Source: Actinomycetes bacterium (GTDB lineage: Bacteria; Actinomycetota; Actinomycetes; S36-B12). From it: a stretch of 64,000 nt of DNA. The stretch covers positions 2,386,623-2,450,622 of the forward strand of contig OZ257128.1 of NCBI GenBank assembly GCA_965278945.1. Reading direction: 5' to 3'. A model generated the notes under the pieces. The model had not been told where the DNA came from, ran no database searches, and worked only from the letters and a program-made list of their open reading frames with translations. Shown in pieces: positions 1-10,922 of the stretch; position 1 is the stretch's first letter, and each line of letters starts with the position of its first letter. Position numbers and translations under genes: made by a program.

Positions 1-39
1 TACCCGCCACGCCGGGGCTGAGCCAAATCGCCCCGGAAA

Positions 40-108
40 CCCCGCCGACCTTGAGGTTGGCGTGGGAAATCGACCCTCAGATCCACGCCAACCTCAAGGT
101 CGGCGGGG
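40..108. repeat. Palindromic element copy 1: perfect 26-bp inverted repeat (40-65 pairs with 83-108, 17-nt loop) just 3' of the ABC-F gene. Probable terminator hairpin.
   Basis: Read directly: CCCCGCCGACCTTGAGGTTGGCGTGG / CCACGCCAACCTCAAGGTCGGCGGGG. Shares the 13-nt core CGACCTTGAGGTT with the hairpin at 57126-57182. Confidence 0.8.
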
Positions 109-131
109 GCGGACCGGGGGTGGGACCGGGG

Positions 132-1793
132 TTACCAGTCGCCGAAGACGGGCTCGGGGGCCTCGACGACGGAGCCATCGCCGCGGAACACCCAGAATCG
201 GTCGAAACCCCGGGTGAACCAGCGGTCATGGGTGACCGCGATAACGGTACCCTCGAAGGCGTTGAGCCCGTCCTCGAGGGCCTCCGCGCTGGCGATGTCC
301 AGGTTGTCCGTCGGCTCGTCGAGCAGCAGCAAGGTCGCCCCGCCCAGCTCGAGCAGCAGGATCTGGAATCGGGCCTGCTGACCGCCGGAGAGCGTGTCGA
401 AGTCCTGCTCGGAGGCCTCGGCCAGTTCGTACCGGTCCAGCAACCGGGCCGCCTGCTCGCGCGGCATGCCCGATCGCCGCTCGTCGCCGCGGTGCAAGAT
501 GTCGAGCAGCGTGCGCCCGGACAGGTCAGGACGCACATGCGTCTGCGCGAACCAGCCGGGTCGAACGCGGGCGCCAAGTCGGGCGACCCCGCGGTGCGCG
601 ACCGGCAGGATCTCCACGTCGCCCACCGGCTGGTGCTCGACATCCGGATCGGATCCGCCCAAGGCGAGCAGCCTCAACAGGTGCGACTTGCCCGAGCCGT
701 TCGCGCCCAGGATCGCGACCCGCTCGCCGAACCAGATCTCTCCGTCGAAAGGCTTCGTCAGGCCGTTCAACTCCAGCGCCTCGCACACCACCGCTCGCTT
801 GGCGGTTCGTCCTCCGGTCAGGCGCATGCGCACGGTCTGCTTGCGCGGCACCGCCATCGGAGGTCCGGCCTCCTCGAACTTGCGAAGGCGTGTCTGCGCC
901 GCCTGGTACCGCGAGGCAAGTCCGTCGTTGAACTTCGCCTTGACCCGCAAGGACAGCACGAGCGCCTTGAGCTTCGCGTGCTCCTCGTCCCAGCGGCGCC
1001 GCAGTTCCTCCAGCCGGGAGAAACGCTCGGCGCGCGCATCGTGGAACGAGGCGAACCCGCCACCGTGCAGCCAGATCGTGTTCCCGACCACACCGAGCTC
1101 GACGGACACGACGTGGCTGGCCGACTGGCTGAGCAGCTCGCGGTCATGGCTGATGAGCAGGACGGTCTTAGGCGTCTCGCGCAACTGCTGCTCGAGCCAG
1201 ACCTTGCCCGGCACGTCGAGGTAGTTGTCAGGCTCGTCGAGCAGGAGCACCTGTGCGGGTCCGCGAAGCAGCAGTTCGAGGACCAGCCTCTTTTGCTCAC
1301 CGCCGGAGAGCGTGGACACCCGCCGCCAGCGCAGCAGCTCGTATGGCTCGCCCATCGCCGCGACGGTGACCACGTCGAAGAGCACCTCGGCCTCATACCC
1401 GCCAACCTCGGCGTAGTCGGAGATCGCGTGCGCGTACTTCATCTGCGTGGCCTCGTCGTCGCTGTCCATCATGGCCAGCTCGGCGGCGTCGAGAGCGCTC
1501 GCGGCGACTCGCAAGGGCGCTGGGCTCACGCCGAGCAGGAGGTCGCGGACGGTGCCCTCCGACATCTGGCCGACGAACTGCCGCATGACGGCCAGTCCCC
1601 CGGTGCACACGATCGATCCCTCGTCGGGCTTGATGTCACCGGCCATCATCCGCAGCAGCGTCGTTTTGCCAGCACCGTTCGGGCCGACGAGCGCGGCGGT
1701 CGCCCCTTCCGGCACCCGGAAGGAGACGTCGTCAAGCAGCACGCGTCCGTCGGACAGCGAGTAGGTGACGTGCTGAACGTCGATGTGGCCCAT
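132..1793 (-). CDS. ABC-F family ATPase (tandem ABC domains, no membrane domain; EttA/ARE-type translation factor family)
   Basis: Walker [10 protein letters not shown] and GANGSGKSH, signatures LSGGEQ and LSGGQQ, Walker B LLLDEP twice. Start set at ATG 1793 (MGHIDVQHV...) because the longer ORF to 1955 would run into truA. Confidence 0.9.
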   Translation of the reverse strand: MGHIDVQHVTYSLSDGRVLLDDVSFRVPEGATAALVGPNGAGKTTLLRMMAGDIKPDEGSIVCTGGLAVMRQFVGQMSEGTVRDLLLGVSPAPLRVAASALDAAELAMMDSDDEATQMKYAHAISDYAEVGGYEAEVLFDVVTVAAMGEPYELLRWRRVSTLSGGEQKRLVLELLLRGPAQVLLLDEPDNYLDVPGKVWLEQQLRETPKTVLLISHDRELLSQSASHVVSVELGVVGNTIWLHGGGFASFHDARAERFSRLEELRRRWDEEHAKLKALVLSLRVKAKFNDGLASRYQAAQTRLRKFEEAGPPMAVPRKQTVRMRLTGGRTAKRAVVCEALELNGLTKPFDGEIWFGERVAILGANGSGKSHLLRLLALGGSDPDVEHQPVGDVEILPVAHRGVARLGARVRPGWFAQTHVRPDLSGRTLLDILHRGDERRSGMPREQAARLLDRYELAEASEQDFDTLSGGQQARFQILLLELGGATLLLLDEPTDNLDIASAEALEDGLNAFEGTVIAVTHDRWFTRGFDRFWVFRGDGSVVEAPEPVFGDW

Positions 1794-1804
1794 GAGGATC
1801 CCCG

Positions 1805-2581
1805 TCAGGTCTTGCGGAAGATTCGAGTCTGCACCTGTCGGGCACCGTAGTCGGCGGGGTCGGGATATCCGACTTCTTCCAGTACGAGCGGGAAGGCGGG
1901 CATCACGGTGACCGCCGAGTCGCGCGTGCCGGTCGCCAGCACATCCGCGGGCCACGTGATCGGCTTGCGGCCGTCGCCTACCGGGAGGAGTACTCCGACG
2001 AGCGCCCGGACCATCGAATGGCAGAAGGCATCGGCGCGGACGGTCATGACCGCGACTCCGTCTGCTCGACGTTCCCAGTGCAGTTCGCGCAGCTCGCGAA
2101 CGGTAGAGGCGAACTCGCGCTGCCGGCAGAACGGGGCAAAGTCATGCTCGCCGAGCAGAGCGTCCGCCGCCACGTTCATGCGATCCACGTCAAGGCGGCG
2201 TGTCCACGGCAGCACCAGGTGACGCTCGAGCGGACCGGGACCGACCGGGTTGTCGGTCACCCGGTAGCTGTACCTGCGCCACAGGGCCGAGAAGCGAGCG
2301 TCGAATGTCTCGTCGGTAACACTGATGCGATCGACGCGAGCGTCATCGGGCAGCGCGCGATTGAATCGCCCCAGGTCGATATCGGCCACTGACTGCGGAA
2401 CGTCGACGTGCGCAACCTGCCCGCGCGCGTGGACTCCAGCGTCCGTGCGTCCCGCACAGGTCAGTTCCAGGTCCAATCCGCACACGTAGCCCAGCACTCG
2501 CTCGAGCTCGCCCTGGACGGTGCGCAGGCCCGGCTGACGTGCCCAGCCGGCGAAGCCCCGCCCGTCGTACGAGATGTCCAA
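1805..2581 (-). CDS. truA: tRNA pseudouridine synthase A
   Basis: (RLR)[18 protein letters not shown] and [15 protein letters not shown] (catalytic Asp motif). Follows rplQ as in alpha operons. Track start is TTG 2581, with no ATG/GTG/TTG further upstream before the rplQ stop. Confidence 0.9.
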   Translation of the reverse strand: MDISYDGRGFAGWARQPGLRTVQGELERVLGYVCGLDLELTCAGRTDAGVHARGQVAHVDVPQSVADIDLGRFNRALPDDARVDRISVTDETFDARFSALWRRYSYRVTDNPVGPGPLERHLVLPWTRRLDVDRMNVAADALLGEHDFAPFCRQREFASTVRELRELHWERRADGVAVMTVRADAFCHSMVRALVGVLLPVGDGRKPITWPADVLATGTRDSAVTVMPAFPLVLEEVGYPDPADYGARQVQTRIFRKT

Positions 2582-2646
2582 GCGCAGACGAAACAGCCCG
2601 CCGCCCGGAAGACCGGGGACGGGCTGACTCGTAGTTGGTGAGTCGG

Positions 2647-3255
2647 TCAGGACTCGTCCTTCTTGTCAGCGTCGTCGATGTTGTCATCGCCGTCGGTCGC
2701 CTCGTCGCCAGCCTCCGAGAGCGCCTCGGCTTCGGCGGCATCCTCGACAACCGTGTCGCTGACGACCTCATCGGTCACGGTCTCCTCGACAATGTCATCC
2801 GCGACGGTCTCGGTGGCGACAGCGGCCGGTGCGGCCGCAGCCTTCTCCTTCGCCGCACGCTTGGTGGCTCCGGTTGCCTCCGCGACGACCTGCTCGAGCA
2901 TGGGCTCGACGAGCTCGATGATCGCCATCGGAGCGTTGTCGCCCTTGCGCGGGCCGATCTTCGTGATACGGGTGTAGCCGCCCGGACGACCGGCGTACTG
3001 CGGGCCGATCTCCGTGAACAGCGTGTGGACGACCGACTTGTCGCGCACCACGGTCAGCACTCGGCGACGAGCATGCAGGTCACCGCGCTTCGCGAAGGTG
3101 ATCAGTCGCTCGGCCAACGGGCGCAGGCGCTTGGCCTTGGCCTCGGTGGTCGTGATCCGCCCGTGCTCGAACAGCGCCGTGGCCAGGTTGGCCAGCATGA
3201 GCCGCTCGTGAGCGGGACCACCGCCGAGACGGGGACCCTTTGTTGGCGTAGGCAT
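2647..3255 (-). CDS. rplQ: 50S ribosomal protein L17 with ~85-aa acidic C-terminal extension
   Basis: [46 protein letters not shown] is canonical L17. Sits directly downstream of rpoA. Confidence 0.97.
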   Translation of the reverse strand: MPTPTKGPRLGGGPAHERLMLANLATALFEHGRITTTEAKAKRLRPLAERLITFAKRGDLHARRRVLTVVRDKSVVHTLFTEIGPQYAGRPGGYTRITKIGPRKGDNAPMAIIELVEPMLEQVVAEATGATKRAAKEKAAAAPAAVATETVADDIVEETVTDEVVSDTVVEDAAEAEALSEAGDEATDGDDNIDDADKKDES

Positions 3256-3309
3256 TCTTACTCCTCAGTGCGTGGACCGCGAAGTGCTTCGCGGATGAAA
3301 ACTGGTGTC

Positions 3310-4326
3310 TTAGAGCTGCTCGTCCTCGGCGAAGGCGAGGTCATCGTCCTCGTCGCTGAAGTACACGGCCGCACCGGGATCGAATCCGGGCGGGCTGTCC
3401 TTGAGCGCGAGTCCGAGGCTGGCCAGCTTGACCTTGACCTCGTCGATGGACTTCGCACCGAAGTTGCGGATGTCGAGCAGGTCGGCCTCGCTGCGCGTGA
3501 TGAGTTCACCCACGGTGTGGATGCCCTCGCGCTTGAGGCAGTTGTACGACCGGACCGTCATGTCCAGCTGCTCGATCGGCGTCGACAACTGCTCGGCGAC
3601 GAAGGCGTCGGTCGGCGACGGGCCGATGTCGATGCCCTCGGCGTCGACATTGAGCTCACGGGCCAGGCCGAAGAGCTCGACGAGCGTCTTGCCTGCCGAG
3701 GCAACCGCATCGCGCGGGCGCATCGAGGTCTTGGTCTCGACATCCAGCACGAGCTTGTCGAAGTCGGTGCGCTGCTCGACTCGGGTGGCCTCGACCTTGT
3801 AGGTGACCTTCAGCACGGGGCTGTAGATGGAGTCGACCGGGATGCGACCGATCTCCTGGCCAACCTGCTTGTTGAGGACGGCCGACACATAGCCACGACC
3901 ACGCTCGACGACGAGCTCGATCTCGAGCTTGCCCTTCGCGTTGAGAGTCGCAATGTGCAGGTCGGGGTTGTGCACCTCGACGCCAGCCGGGGGCTGGATG
4001 TCGGCTGCAGTAACCGTGCCGGGTCCCTGCTTGCGCAGGTACATGACGACGGGCTCATCGTGCTCGCTGGAGATCACGAGCTGCTTGATGTTGAGGATGA
4101 GCTCGGTCACGTCCTCCTTCACGCCGGGAACGGTCGTGAACTCGTGGAGAACGCCATCAACGCGGATGCTTGTGACCGCAGCACCGGGGATGGATGACAA
4201 CAGCGTGCGGCGAAGTGAGTTGCCGAGGGTGTAGCCGAAACCTGGCTCGAGAGGCTCGAGGACGAAGCGCGAGCGGAACTCGCTGATCGGCTCCTCGGTG
4301 AGCACGGGACGCTGGCTGATAAGCAC
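3310..4326 (-). CDS. rpoA: DNA-directed RNA polymerase subunit alpha
   Basis: [51 protein letters not shown] and the C-terminal domain [19 protein letters not shown]. Confidence 0.98.
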   Translation of the reverse strand: MLISQRPVLTEEPISEFRSRFVLEPLEPGFGYTLGNSLRRTLLSSIPGAAVTSIRVDGVLHEFTTVPGVKEDVTELILNIKQLVISSEHDEPVVMYLRKQGPGTVTAADIQPPAGVEVHNPDLHIATLNAKGKLEIELVVERGRGYVSAVLNKQVGQEIGRIPVDSIYSPVLKVTYKVEATRVEQRTDFDKLVLDVETKTSMRPRDAVASAGKTLVELFGLARELNVDAEGIDIGPSPTDAFVAEQLSTPIEQLDMTVRSYNCLKREGIHTVGELITRSEADLLDIRNFGAKSIDEVKVKLASLGLALKDSPPGFDPGAAVYFSDEDDDLAFAEDEQL

Positions 4327-4400
4327 TATTTACTTCCTTCCGGCGACGACCGCTATTTGACGTCGCAGTTTTGCCCAGCAGGCTGGGACGGTGGGACGAA

Positions 4401-5027
4401 CTACTTGGAGTAGAGCTCGACGATCAGCTGCTCGTTGACCTGCGTGTCGATGACCGCGCGGGCGGGGAGCGAGTGCACGAGAATGGTCATCTTCGACGGG
4501 ATGACCTCGAGCCATGCCGGAACGGTGCGCTCACCGATCTCGGCGTGGGCGACGACGAACGGCGTCATCTCACGCGATCCACCGCGGACCTCGACGATGT
4601 CGTTGGGCGACACCCGGTACGAGGGGATGTTGACCTTGTGGCCGTTGACGATGAAGTGACCGTGCGTGACCAGCTGACGAGCCATGTCGCGCGACTTGGC
4701 AAAGCCGGCGCGGAACACGACGTTGTCAAGACGGGTCTCGAGGATGCGCAGCAGGTTCTCACCAGTCTTGCCCGACTGAGTCTGGGCCTCCTGGTAGTAG
4801 TTCCTGAACTGCTTCTCCAGCACCCCGTACATCCGGGTGGCCTTCTGCTTCTCACGAAGCTGCAACAGGTACTCGCTGTCCTTCGAACGACCGCGGCCGT
4901 GCTGGCCGGGCGGGTAGGGGCGCTTCTCGAACGGGCACTTCGGCGACTCGCACTTCGCACCCTTGAGGAAGAGCTTCATCTTCTCGCGACGGCACCGCTT
5001 GCAATCAGCGTCTGTATAACGCGCCAT
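4401..5027 (-). CDS. rpsD: 30S ribosomal protein S4
   Basis: MARYTDADCKRCRREKMKLFLKGAKC...; alpha-operon position. Confidence 0.97.
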   Translation of the reverse strand: MARYTDADCKRCRREKMKLFLKGAKCESPKCPFEKRPYPPGQHGRGRSKDSEYLLQLREKQKATRMYGVLEKQFRNYYQEAQTQSGKTGENLLRILETRLDNVVFRAGFAKSRDMARQLVTHGHFIVNGHKVNIPSYRVSPNDIVEVRGGSREMTPFVVAHAEIGERTVPAWLEVIPSKMTILVHSLPARAVIDTQVNEQLIVELYSK

Positions 5028-5057
5028 GTCTGGTTATCTCCTATTCAGTGCGCGCGG

Positions 5058-5465
5058 TCAGACGCGGCGACGCTTGGACGGACGGGTTCCGTTGAAGGGC
5101 ACGGGGGTGACGTCGGAGATGGAACCGACCTCCAGCCCAGTGGCCTGCAGCGAACGGATAGCGGTCTCGCGGCCGGAGCCGGGTCCCTTGACGAACACGT
5201 CGACCTTGCGCATGCCGTGCTCCATCGCGCGCCGTGCTGCAGCCTCCGCTGCGAGCTGCGCGGCGAACGGAGTGGACTTGCGAGAGCCCTTGAAGCCGAC
5301 CTGGCCGGCGCTGGCCCAGGCGATGACGGCACCCGTGGGGTCCGTGATCGAGACGATCGTGTTGTTGAACGTGCTCTTGATGTGCGCGTGGCCGTGGGCC
5401 ACGTTCTTCTTCTCCTTGCGACGAACCTTCTTCGCCGCCGGAGCCTTGCCGGTCTTCGGTGCCAT
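5058..5465 (-). CDS. rpsK: 30S ribosomal protein S11
   Basis: [30 protein letters not shown]...[16 protein letters not shown]. Confidence 0.97.
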   Translation of the reverse strand: MAPKTGKAPAAKKVRRKEKKNVAHGHAHIKSTFNNTIVSITDPTGAVIAWASAGQVGFKGSRKSTPFAAQLAAEAAARRAMEHGMRKVDVFVKGPGSGRETAIRSLQATGLEVGSISDVTPVPFNGTRPSKRRRV

Positions 5466-5494
5466 GGGTCAGTTCTCCAGAGTCTTGAGGTAGG

Positions 5495-5872
5495 TCACTT
5501 GGTTGCCTTCTTCTTGCCAGCGACGGTCTTGCGCGGGCCCTTGCGCGTACGCGCATTGGTGTGGGTGCGCTGACCGCGGACGGGAAGGCCCTTGCGGTGA
5601 CGAAGACCCTGGTAGCAACCGATCTCGACCTTGCGTCGGATATCGGCGGTGACCTCGCGGCGAAGGTCGCCTTCTACCTTGAGGTTGGTGTCGATCCAGT
5701 CGCGAAGCGCGATGACCTGGTCGTCGGTGAGGTCCTTGGACCTCAAGTCGGGGCTGATGCCGGTCGCGTCGAGGGCCTTCGCGGCCTGCGAGCGTCCGAC
5801 GCCGTAGATGTAGGTGAGTGCCACCGCCATGCGCTTGTCGCGCGGCAGGTCGACACCAACAAGTCGTGCCAT
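5495..5872 (-). CDS. rpsM: 30S ribosomal protein S13
   Basis: [26 protein letters not shown]... Confidence 0.97.
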   Translation of the reverse strand: MARLVGVDLPRDKRMAVALTYIYGVGRSQAAKALDATGISPDLRSKDLTDDQVIALRDWIDTNLKVEGDLRREVTADIRRKVEIGCYQGLRHRKGLPVRGQRTHTNARTRKGPRKTVAGKKKATK

Positions 5873-6058
5873 AAGGCGTATCTCTCTTCTTGGTCATTCA
5901 CGAGGTGTGCGGTGCAGAACCAGTCCGGCCCGCCAAGGCCGGTCCCCGGCCTCGTGACCGGGGGTGTCGTCCCGCTGCGGCGCACGCACCGCTGCGGGGG
6001 TCGGGTTCTGCTGTTTCGGACTTCGGGTTGTCTCCCCGAAGGCCGCGTCAGGTCTGGG

Positions 6059-6172
6059 TCAGCCCTGGCGCTGCTTGTGGCGAACGTTCTCGCAGATGAC
6101 CATGACGCGGCCGTGGCGACGGATGACCTTGCACTTGTCGCAGATCTTCTTGACGCTCGGCTGGACCTTCAT
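6059..6172 (-). CDS. rpmJ: 50S ribosomal protein L36 (zinc-ribbon C+ form)
   Basis: Hand-translated, since it is too short for the ORF track: [40 protein letters not shown] at 6172, TGA at 6061-6059. Lies between infA and rpsM. Confidence 0.95.
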   Translation of the reverse strand: MKVQPSVKKICDKCKVIRRHGRVMVICENVRHKQRQG

Positions 6173-6225
6173 GATGACTCTTTCGTGAACGATTCGTTGG
6201 GACGGTGGTAACGGGTGCTTCTGAC

Positions 6226-6447
6226 CTACTTGTAGCGGTAGACGATCCGGCCTCGCGTGAGGTCGTAGGGCGAGAGCTCCACGACCACCCGGTCATCCGG
6301 AAGGATCCGGATGTAGTGCATCCGCATCTTGCCGCTGATGTGCGCGAGCACCTTGTGCCCGTTGTCCAGCTCCACTCGGAACATCGCGTTGGGAAGTGAC
6401 TCAGTGATCGTGCCCTCGAGCTCGATCGCGCCGTCCTTCTTACCCAT
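6226..6447 (-). CDS. infA: Translation initiation factor IF-1
   Basis: [73 protein letters not shown]. Confidence 0.98.
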   Translation of the reverse strand: MGKKDGAIELEGTITESLPNAMFRVELDNGHKVLAHISGKMRMHYIRILPDDRVVVELSPYDLTRGRIVYRYK

Positions 6448-6653
6448 ACCCTCAGCTTCCGTTGTGGTGCCGACTCCCTAGGGAGCCCCTGCGGGGCAAG
6501 CGACGCCCCACGAGGTCGCACCACGCTGCACGGCGAGCCGGTAGGCAGCGGACGGTGGACGAACGGGGAAGTCCCTTATCGGCCCCGCGAGTCTACGCCC
6601 CCACTAGGGGGATTGAGAAATCGGGTCCACCCTCCGACTTTCGGACGGCGAAT

Positions 6654-7721
6654 CTAGGCGAAGGCGATCGTCGCCCGCACCATCTGGTGGTCGGAGCCCT
6701 GGTAGTCCGGGTTGTGAGCCCGGCCGTTCAGGAACATCACGTGCTCGTAGGAGACCATCGTGATCCCCGGTCCGAAGCCCATGATGTAGTCGATCCGCGT
6801 CGCATAGCCCTTGGGGTTCTTCTTGTTCGGCCTGGCCATGAAGGGGGTCGCAGGGAAGCCGTTGTTCCCATTGGCCGGGTTCGAATTGATCGTCGGGTAC
6901 TGCACGTTCTTCTTCACCTTGGCATCGTGGGCATCGAGCCATCCGGTGTTGGTGAGGACCTTCTGCACGCCATTCGGCTGCCGAACGGCATAGGAGTTCA
7001 GGTCGGCCATGAGGATGGCGGGAGTGCCGTTCATCCCGCGGGTCGCATTGACCAGCGACACCCAGCCGGCCAGACCGGAACCGACGGCGATCCGCGAGGC
7101 TTCCGCAGCCCCACCCTTGTCGCTGTCGGTGTGCAAGGAGATAGCCAGGAACGGACCGGCTCCGTTGTTGCCCTTCAGGTAGGCCCACTCGACCGAGCGC
7201 CCGGCAGATCCGGCGTCGAGGCCGCCGGCGATCGACTGCAGCATCACCCGGCCCGTGCTGGAGCCCTGGGGCACCGGGAACACGGAGACGGTCGAGGTCT
7301 TGTACGCGAGCATCGCGGTCGTCTCGCACGGCGACGGTCCGGCGAGCTGACCGGCCGCATCGCGCGGGCGGCGGCACTCGTTGTCCGCATCGGCCACGCT
7401 GATCGGCACGTACCCGCTGGGGGCGATGAGCCTGGCGACGTCCTCGACCTGGGTCTTCGCGCCGGCGGCCGGGTTATTCGTCACTTCCTGGAGTCCGAGC
7501 ACGTCCGCGCCCGAGGCGGCGATCACGCGCTGCGTCTTGTCCCGGCGTGCCTCCCACGGAGCGGCACCGCTCGCGCAGGCTCCGCTGTTCGGCTTGGCGC
7601 CGCACACGTTGTAGGTCGCGAACACAAGGCTCCCGGCCGCGGACGCAGGGGCCGCCGCGACGATGGGCAGCGCGGTCGCCGCGATGCCGACGGCAGCGAC
7701 CAGGGCAAGGACCTTACGCAT
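6654..7721 (-). CDS. Secreted endonuclease/exonuclease/phosphatase (EEP) family hydrolase
   Basis: Signal peptide MRKVLALVAAVGIAATALPIVAAAPASA|AG. EEP motif series: ATYNV, LGLQEV, ISLHTDSD, MADLNSY, RIDYI, GSDHQMV. ATG 7721 is preceded by GGGGGT; the track ORF extends 11 codons further to GTG 7754. Confidence 0.8.
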   Translation of the reverse strand: MRKVLALVAAVGIAATALPIVAAAPASAAGSLVFATYNVCGAKPNSGACASGAAPWEARRDKTQRVIAASGADVLGLQEVTNNPAAGAKTQVEDVARLIAPSGYVPISVADADNECRRPRDAAGQLAGPSPCETTAMLAYKTSTVSVFPVPQGSSTGRVMLQSIAGGLDAGSAGRSVEWAYLKGNNGAGPFLAISLHTDSDKGGAAEASRIAVGSGLAGWVSLVNATRGMNGTPAILMADLNSYAVRQPNGVQKVLTNTGWLDAHDAKVKKNVQYPTINSNPANGNNGFPATPFMARPNKKNPKGYATRIDYIMGFGPGITMVSYEHVMFLNGRAHNPDYQGSDHQMVRATIAFA

Positions 7722-7796
7722 TGCTAACCCCCGTGAGTCGAATTTGGTCGTCACAGGCTAACCCACGGTTATCCCTCGAACACAACAAGCGATGGA

Positions 7797-8594
7797 TTAC
7801 AGGCGTACGTCGTCGAGCGCGGTGAGCACCCAGGGCCCATCCTCGGTGATCGCGACGGTGTGCTCCCAGTGCGATGCCCACGTTCCGTCGGCGGTCACCA
7901 CTGTCCATTCGTCGTCGAGCACACCTACCTCGGGACTGCCCAGCGTTGCCATCGGCTCGATAGCCAGCGCCATACCCGGTCGAAGCACCGGGCCAAGGCC
8001 AGGAGGGCCGTAATTGAGAATGTGCGGATCCATGTGCATTGACGAGCCGATGCCATGTCCGCCGTACTCCTCGACGATCCCGTACGGACCTGACGCGCGG
8101 ATGACGGCCTCGACCGCGTGGCCTATGTCGGACAGGTGTGCGCCCACCCGCGCTGCGCCGAGACCGGCCCACATCGACTCTCGCGTGACCCGGGAGAGTT
8201 CGGCGACCTCGGGTGCGACGTTTCCGATGAGCACGGTGACGGCCGCATCCCCGTGCCAGCCGTCGACTATGGCGCCGAAGTCGATCGAGACGATGTCACC
8301 GTCGCGCAGGACCCGGTCACCGGGGATGCCGTGGACGATCTCTTCATTCACCGAAGCGCAGATCACTGCCGGGTAACGCACCGCGCCGTGCATCTGGTAG
8401 CCAAGGAACGAGGACGTGGCACCGTTGTCGGCGAGGCAGTCGCGGGCGATCTCGTCGAGATCACGAGTGGTCGAGCCTGGAGCGGCTTCCGCTTCCATCG
8501 CCGCTAGTGCGCGCGCCACGACGAGGCCGGCGGCTCGCATGATCGCCAGCTGGTCAGGGCTCTTGATCTCGATCGAACTCTTGCGGCGGAACAT
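7797..8594 (-). CDS. map: Type I methionine aminopeptidase
   Basis: EEIVHGIPG, IVSIDFGAIVDGWHGD, GHGIGSSMH, AIEPM, WEHTV (metal-ligand contexts). Follows adk. Confidence 0.95.
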   Translation of the reverse strand: MFRRKSSIEIKSPDQLAIMRAAGLVVARALAAMEAEAAPGSTTRDLDEIARDCLADNGATSSFLGYQMHGAVRYPAVICASVNEEIVHGIPGDRVLRDGDIVSIDFGAIVDGWHGDAAVTVLIGNVAPEVAELSRVTRESMWAGLGAARVGAHLSDIGHAVEAVIRASGPYGIVEEYGGHGIGSSMHMDPHILNYGPPGLGPVLRPGMALAIEPMATLGSPEVGVLDDEWTVVTADGTWASHWEHTVAITEDGPWVLTALDDVRL

Positions 8595-8599
8595 CGTGG

Positions 8600-9169
8600 C
8601 TACTTCTCGATGCCGAGAGCGCCCACGATGCGATCGGTCACCTCGTCGATCTCTCCGAGGCCGTCGACGCGGACTAGCAGTCCTTGTGCTTCGTACGCGG
8701 CGATGAGGGGCGCCGTCTGCTCCGAGTACACCTCGAGTCGACGCCTGATGACATCCTCGGTGTCGTCACTGCGGCCCTGGTCTGCAGCCCTGCGCACGAG
8801 GCGACCAACGACCTCGTCGATGTCGACGACGAGCTCCACGACCGCATCGAGGGCTAGGTCCGATGACCGCAGCATGGAGTCGAGCTCGTCGACCTGCTCA
8901 ACCGTGCGCGGGTAACCATCGAGCAGGAACCCAGGAACGCAGTCCGCCGCGTCGAGGCGATCACGCACCATCGCGTTGGTCACTCCGTCGGGCACGTACT
9001 CCCCAGCGTCCATGTAGCGGCGAGCCTCGACGCCCAGCGGTGTTCCCTGCGAGACATTCGCGCGAAAGATGTCCCCGGTGGAGATGTGCGGCACTCCCAG
9101 GAGTGCGGCGATGAACCCGGCCTGCGTGCCCTTGCCCGCACCGGGAGGGCCCATCAACACGAGGCGCAT
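8600..9169 (-). CDS. adk: Adenylate kinase
   Basis: [21 protein letters not shown]...[10 protein letters not shown]. Confidence 0.96.
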   Translation of the reverse strand: MRLVLMGPPGAGKGTQAGFIAALLGVPHISTGDIFRANVSQGTPLGVEARRYMDAGEYVPDGVTNAMVRDRLDAADCVPGFLLDGYPRTVEQVDELDSMLRSSDLALDAVVELVVDIDEVVGRLVRRAADQGRSDDTEDVIRRRLEVYSEQTAPLIAAYEAQGLLVRVDGLGEIDEVTDRIVGALGIEK

Positions 9170-10467
9170 CAGCGGAGGAATCCCTCGTAGTTGCGCTGCT
9201 GAAGCTGTGCCTCGATCTGCTTGACCGTGTCGAGGCCGACACCAACCAAGATCAGCAGGCTCACACCACCGAAGACGAACTGACTGGACACGCCAAGGAA
9301 GCCGAAGGCGAACACGGGCAGGACAGCGATGAGGCCCAGGTAGAGGGAACCGGGCGCCGTCAGACGGGTCAGGACGTAGTCGAGGTACTCGGCGGTCGGC
9401 CGGCCGGCCCGGATGCCCGGGACGAAGCCGCCGTACTTCTTCATGTTGTCGGCAACCTCAACGGGATTGAAGGTGATCGACACGTAGAAGTAGCAGAAGA
9501 ACACGATGAGCGTGAAGTACAGCAGTGAGTACCACGCCCCGGTGCCCGTTGCGAGATTCGTCTGCACCCAGACGGCCCATGTTGACTGGCTGCCCGTGAG
9601 CTGCACGAGCAGCGTCGGCAAGAACAGCAGCGACGACGCGAAGATGACCGGGATGACGCCGGCCATGTTGACCTTGAGCGGTATGTAGGTCGATGTGCCG
9701 CCGTACATTCGCCGCCCGACCATGCGTTTGGCGTACTGAACCGGAATTCGTCGCTGCGCCTGCTCGACGAATACGACGAAGGCGATGATCGCCACTCCGA
9801 TGAGGAGCGTGATCGCGAACGTGAACGGACCGCTGGTGCCGAGAATCGAGAGGAACTGAGCGGGGATGGTCGCGATGATCGAGGTGAAGATCAGCACGGA
9901 CATGCCGTTGCCGACGCCACGTTCGGTGATCAGCTCGCCGAACCACATGATGATCGCGGTTCCGGCGGTCATCACGATGATCATGACGAGGATGACCCAG
10001 ACCGACTGATTCGGAATGATGTTCTCGTTGCATCCGCTGAACAGCGCCCCGGGCGTTCGGGCGAGCGACAAGATCGCCGTCGACTGAAGGACCGCCAGGC
10101 CGATGGTCACGAAGCGCGTGTACTGCGTGATCTTCGCCTGTCCGGCCTGGCCGTCGGCCTTCAGCGTCTCCAGACGCGGAATCACGACGGTGAGCAGCTG
10201 CAGGATGATGCTCGCGGTGATGTACGGCATGATCCCGAGCGCGAACACCGACAGCTGCAGCAGCGCCCCGCCACTGAAGAGGTTGATCAGCGCGTAGACG
10301 GAGTTGTCCTGCACGACGTCGATACACCGCTGGATGGCGGAGTAGTCGACACCGGGCGTGGGAACAACCGACCCGAGGCGGTAGAGAGCCAAGAGACCGA
10401 GAGTGAAGAAGATCTTCTTGCGAAGATCCGGTGTACGCAGGGCAGCCCCGAACGCACTGATGTGCAC
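9169..10467 (-). CDS. secY: Preprotein translocase subunit SecY
   Basis: 10-TM protein with [30 protein letters not shown] and [25 protein letters not shown]. End of the spc operon. Confidence 0.97.
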   Translation of the reverse strand: MHISAFGAALRTPDLRKKIFFTLGLLALYRLGSVVPTPGVDYSAIQRCIDVVQDNSVYALINLFSGGALLQLSVFALGIMPYITASIILQLLTVVIPRLETLKADGQAGQAKITQYTRFVTIGLAVLQSTAILSLARTPGALFSGCNENIIPNQSVWVILVMIIVMTAGTAIIMWFGELITERGVGNGMSVLIFTSIIATIPAQFLSILGTSGPFTFAITLLIGVAIIAFVVFVEQAQRRIPVQYAKRMVGRRMYGGTSTYIPLKVNMAGVIPVIFASSLLFLPTLLVQLTGSQSTWAVWVQTNLATGTGAWYSLLYFTLIVFFCYFYVSITFNPVEVADNMKKYGGFVPGIRAGRPTAEYLDYVLTRLTAPGSLYLGLIAVLPVFAFGFLGVSSQFVFGGVSLLILVGVGLDTVKQIEAQLQQRNYEGFLR

Positions 10468-10479
10468 TGTGCCTCCTGC

Positions 10480-10920
10480 TTAGACTTCGGTTGCGGAACC
10501 GCCTGAAGCAACGATCTTGCCACGGGCCGTCTCGGAGAATGCATTGGCACTCACCGCAACTGCGACGTTGATGTCGCCCTGGCCGAGAACCTTGACCGGC
10601 TGCCCCTTGCGCACTGCGCCCTTGGCAACGAGATCACTGATCGTGACCTCCCCGCCCTCGGGGAACAGCTTGGTGAGCATGGCGAGGTTGACGACCTGGA
10701 ACTCGACCTTCGACGGGTTCTTGAAGCCCTTGAGCTTGGGCAGGCGCATGTGCAGCGGCATCTGGCCACCCTCGAACCGGGCCGGAACCTGGTAACGAGC
10801 CTTGGTGCCCTTGGTACCGCGACCAGAGGTCTTGCCCTTGGACGCCTCGCCGCGGCCCTTGCGGGTCTTGGCGGTCTTCGCGCCCGGAGCCGGGCGCAGG
10901 TGATGGACCTTGAGTGTCAT
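10480..10920 (-). CDS. rplO: 50S ribosomal protein L15
   Basis: [38 protein letters not shown]... Confidence 0.96.
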   Translation of the reverse strand: MTLKVHHLRPAPGAKTAKTRKGRGEASKGKTSGRGTKGTKARYQVPARFEGGQMPLHMRLPKLKGFKNPSKVEFQVVNLAMLTKLFPEGGEVTISDLVAKGAVRKGQPVKVLGQGDINVAVAVSANAFSETARGKIVASGGSATEV

Positions 10921-10922
10921 GG

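Noticed and set aside
51-1850. 599-aa plus-strand ORF covering the ABC-F locus
   Set aside because: It is antisense to a gene with unambiguous Walker/signature motifs. Its translation is Arg/Ala/Gly/Leu-rich low complexity with no recognisable motif, the typical open antisense frame of high-GC DNA.
5671-5700. A third copy of the palindrome core (TACCTTGAGGTTGG) inside rpsM
   Set aside because: There is no inverted partner nearby, and it encodes conserved S13 residues on the opposite strand. It is a chance partial match.
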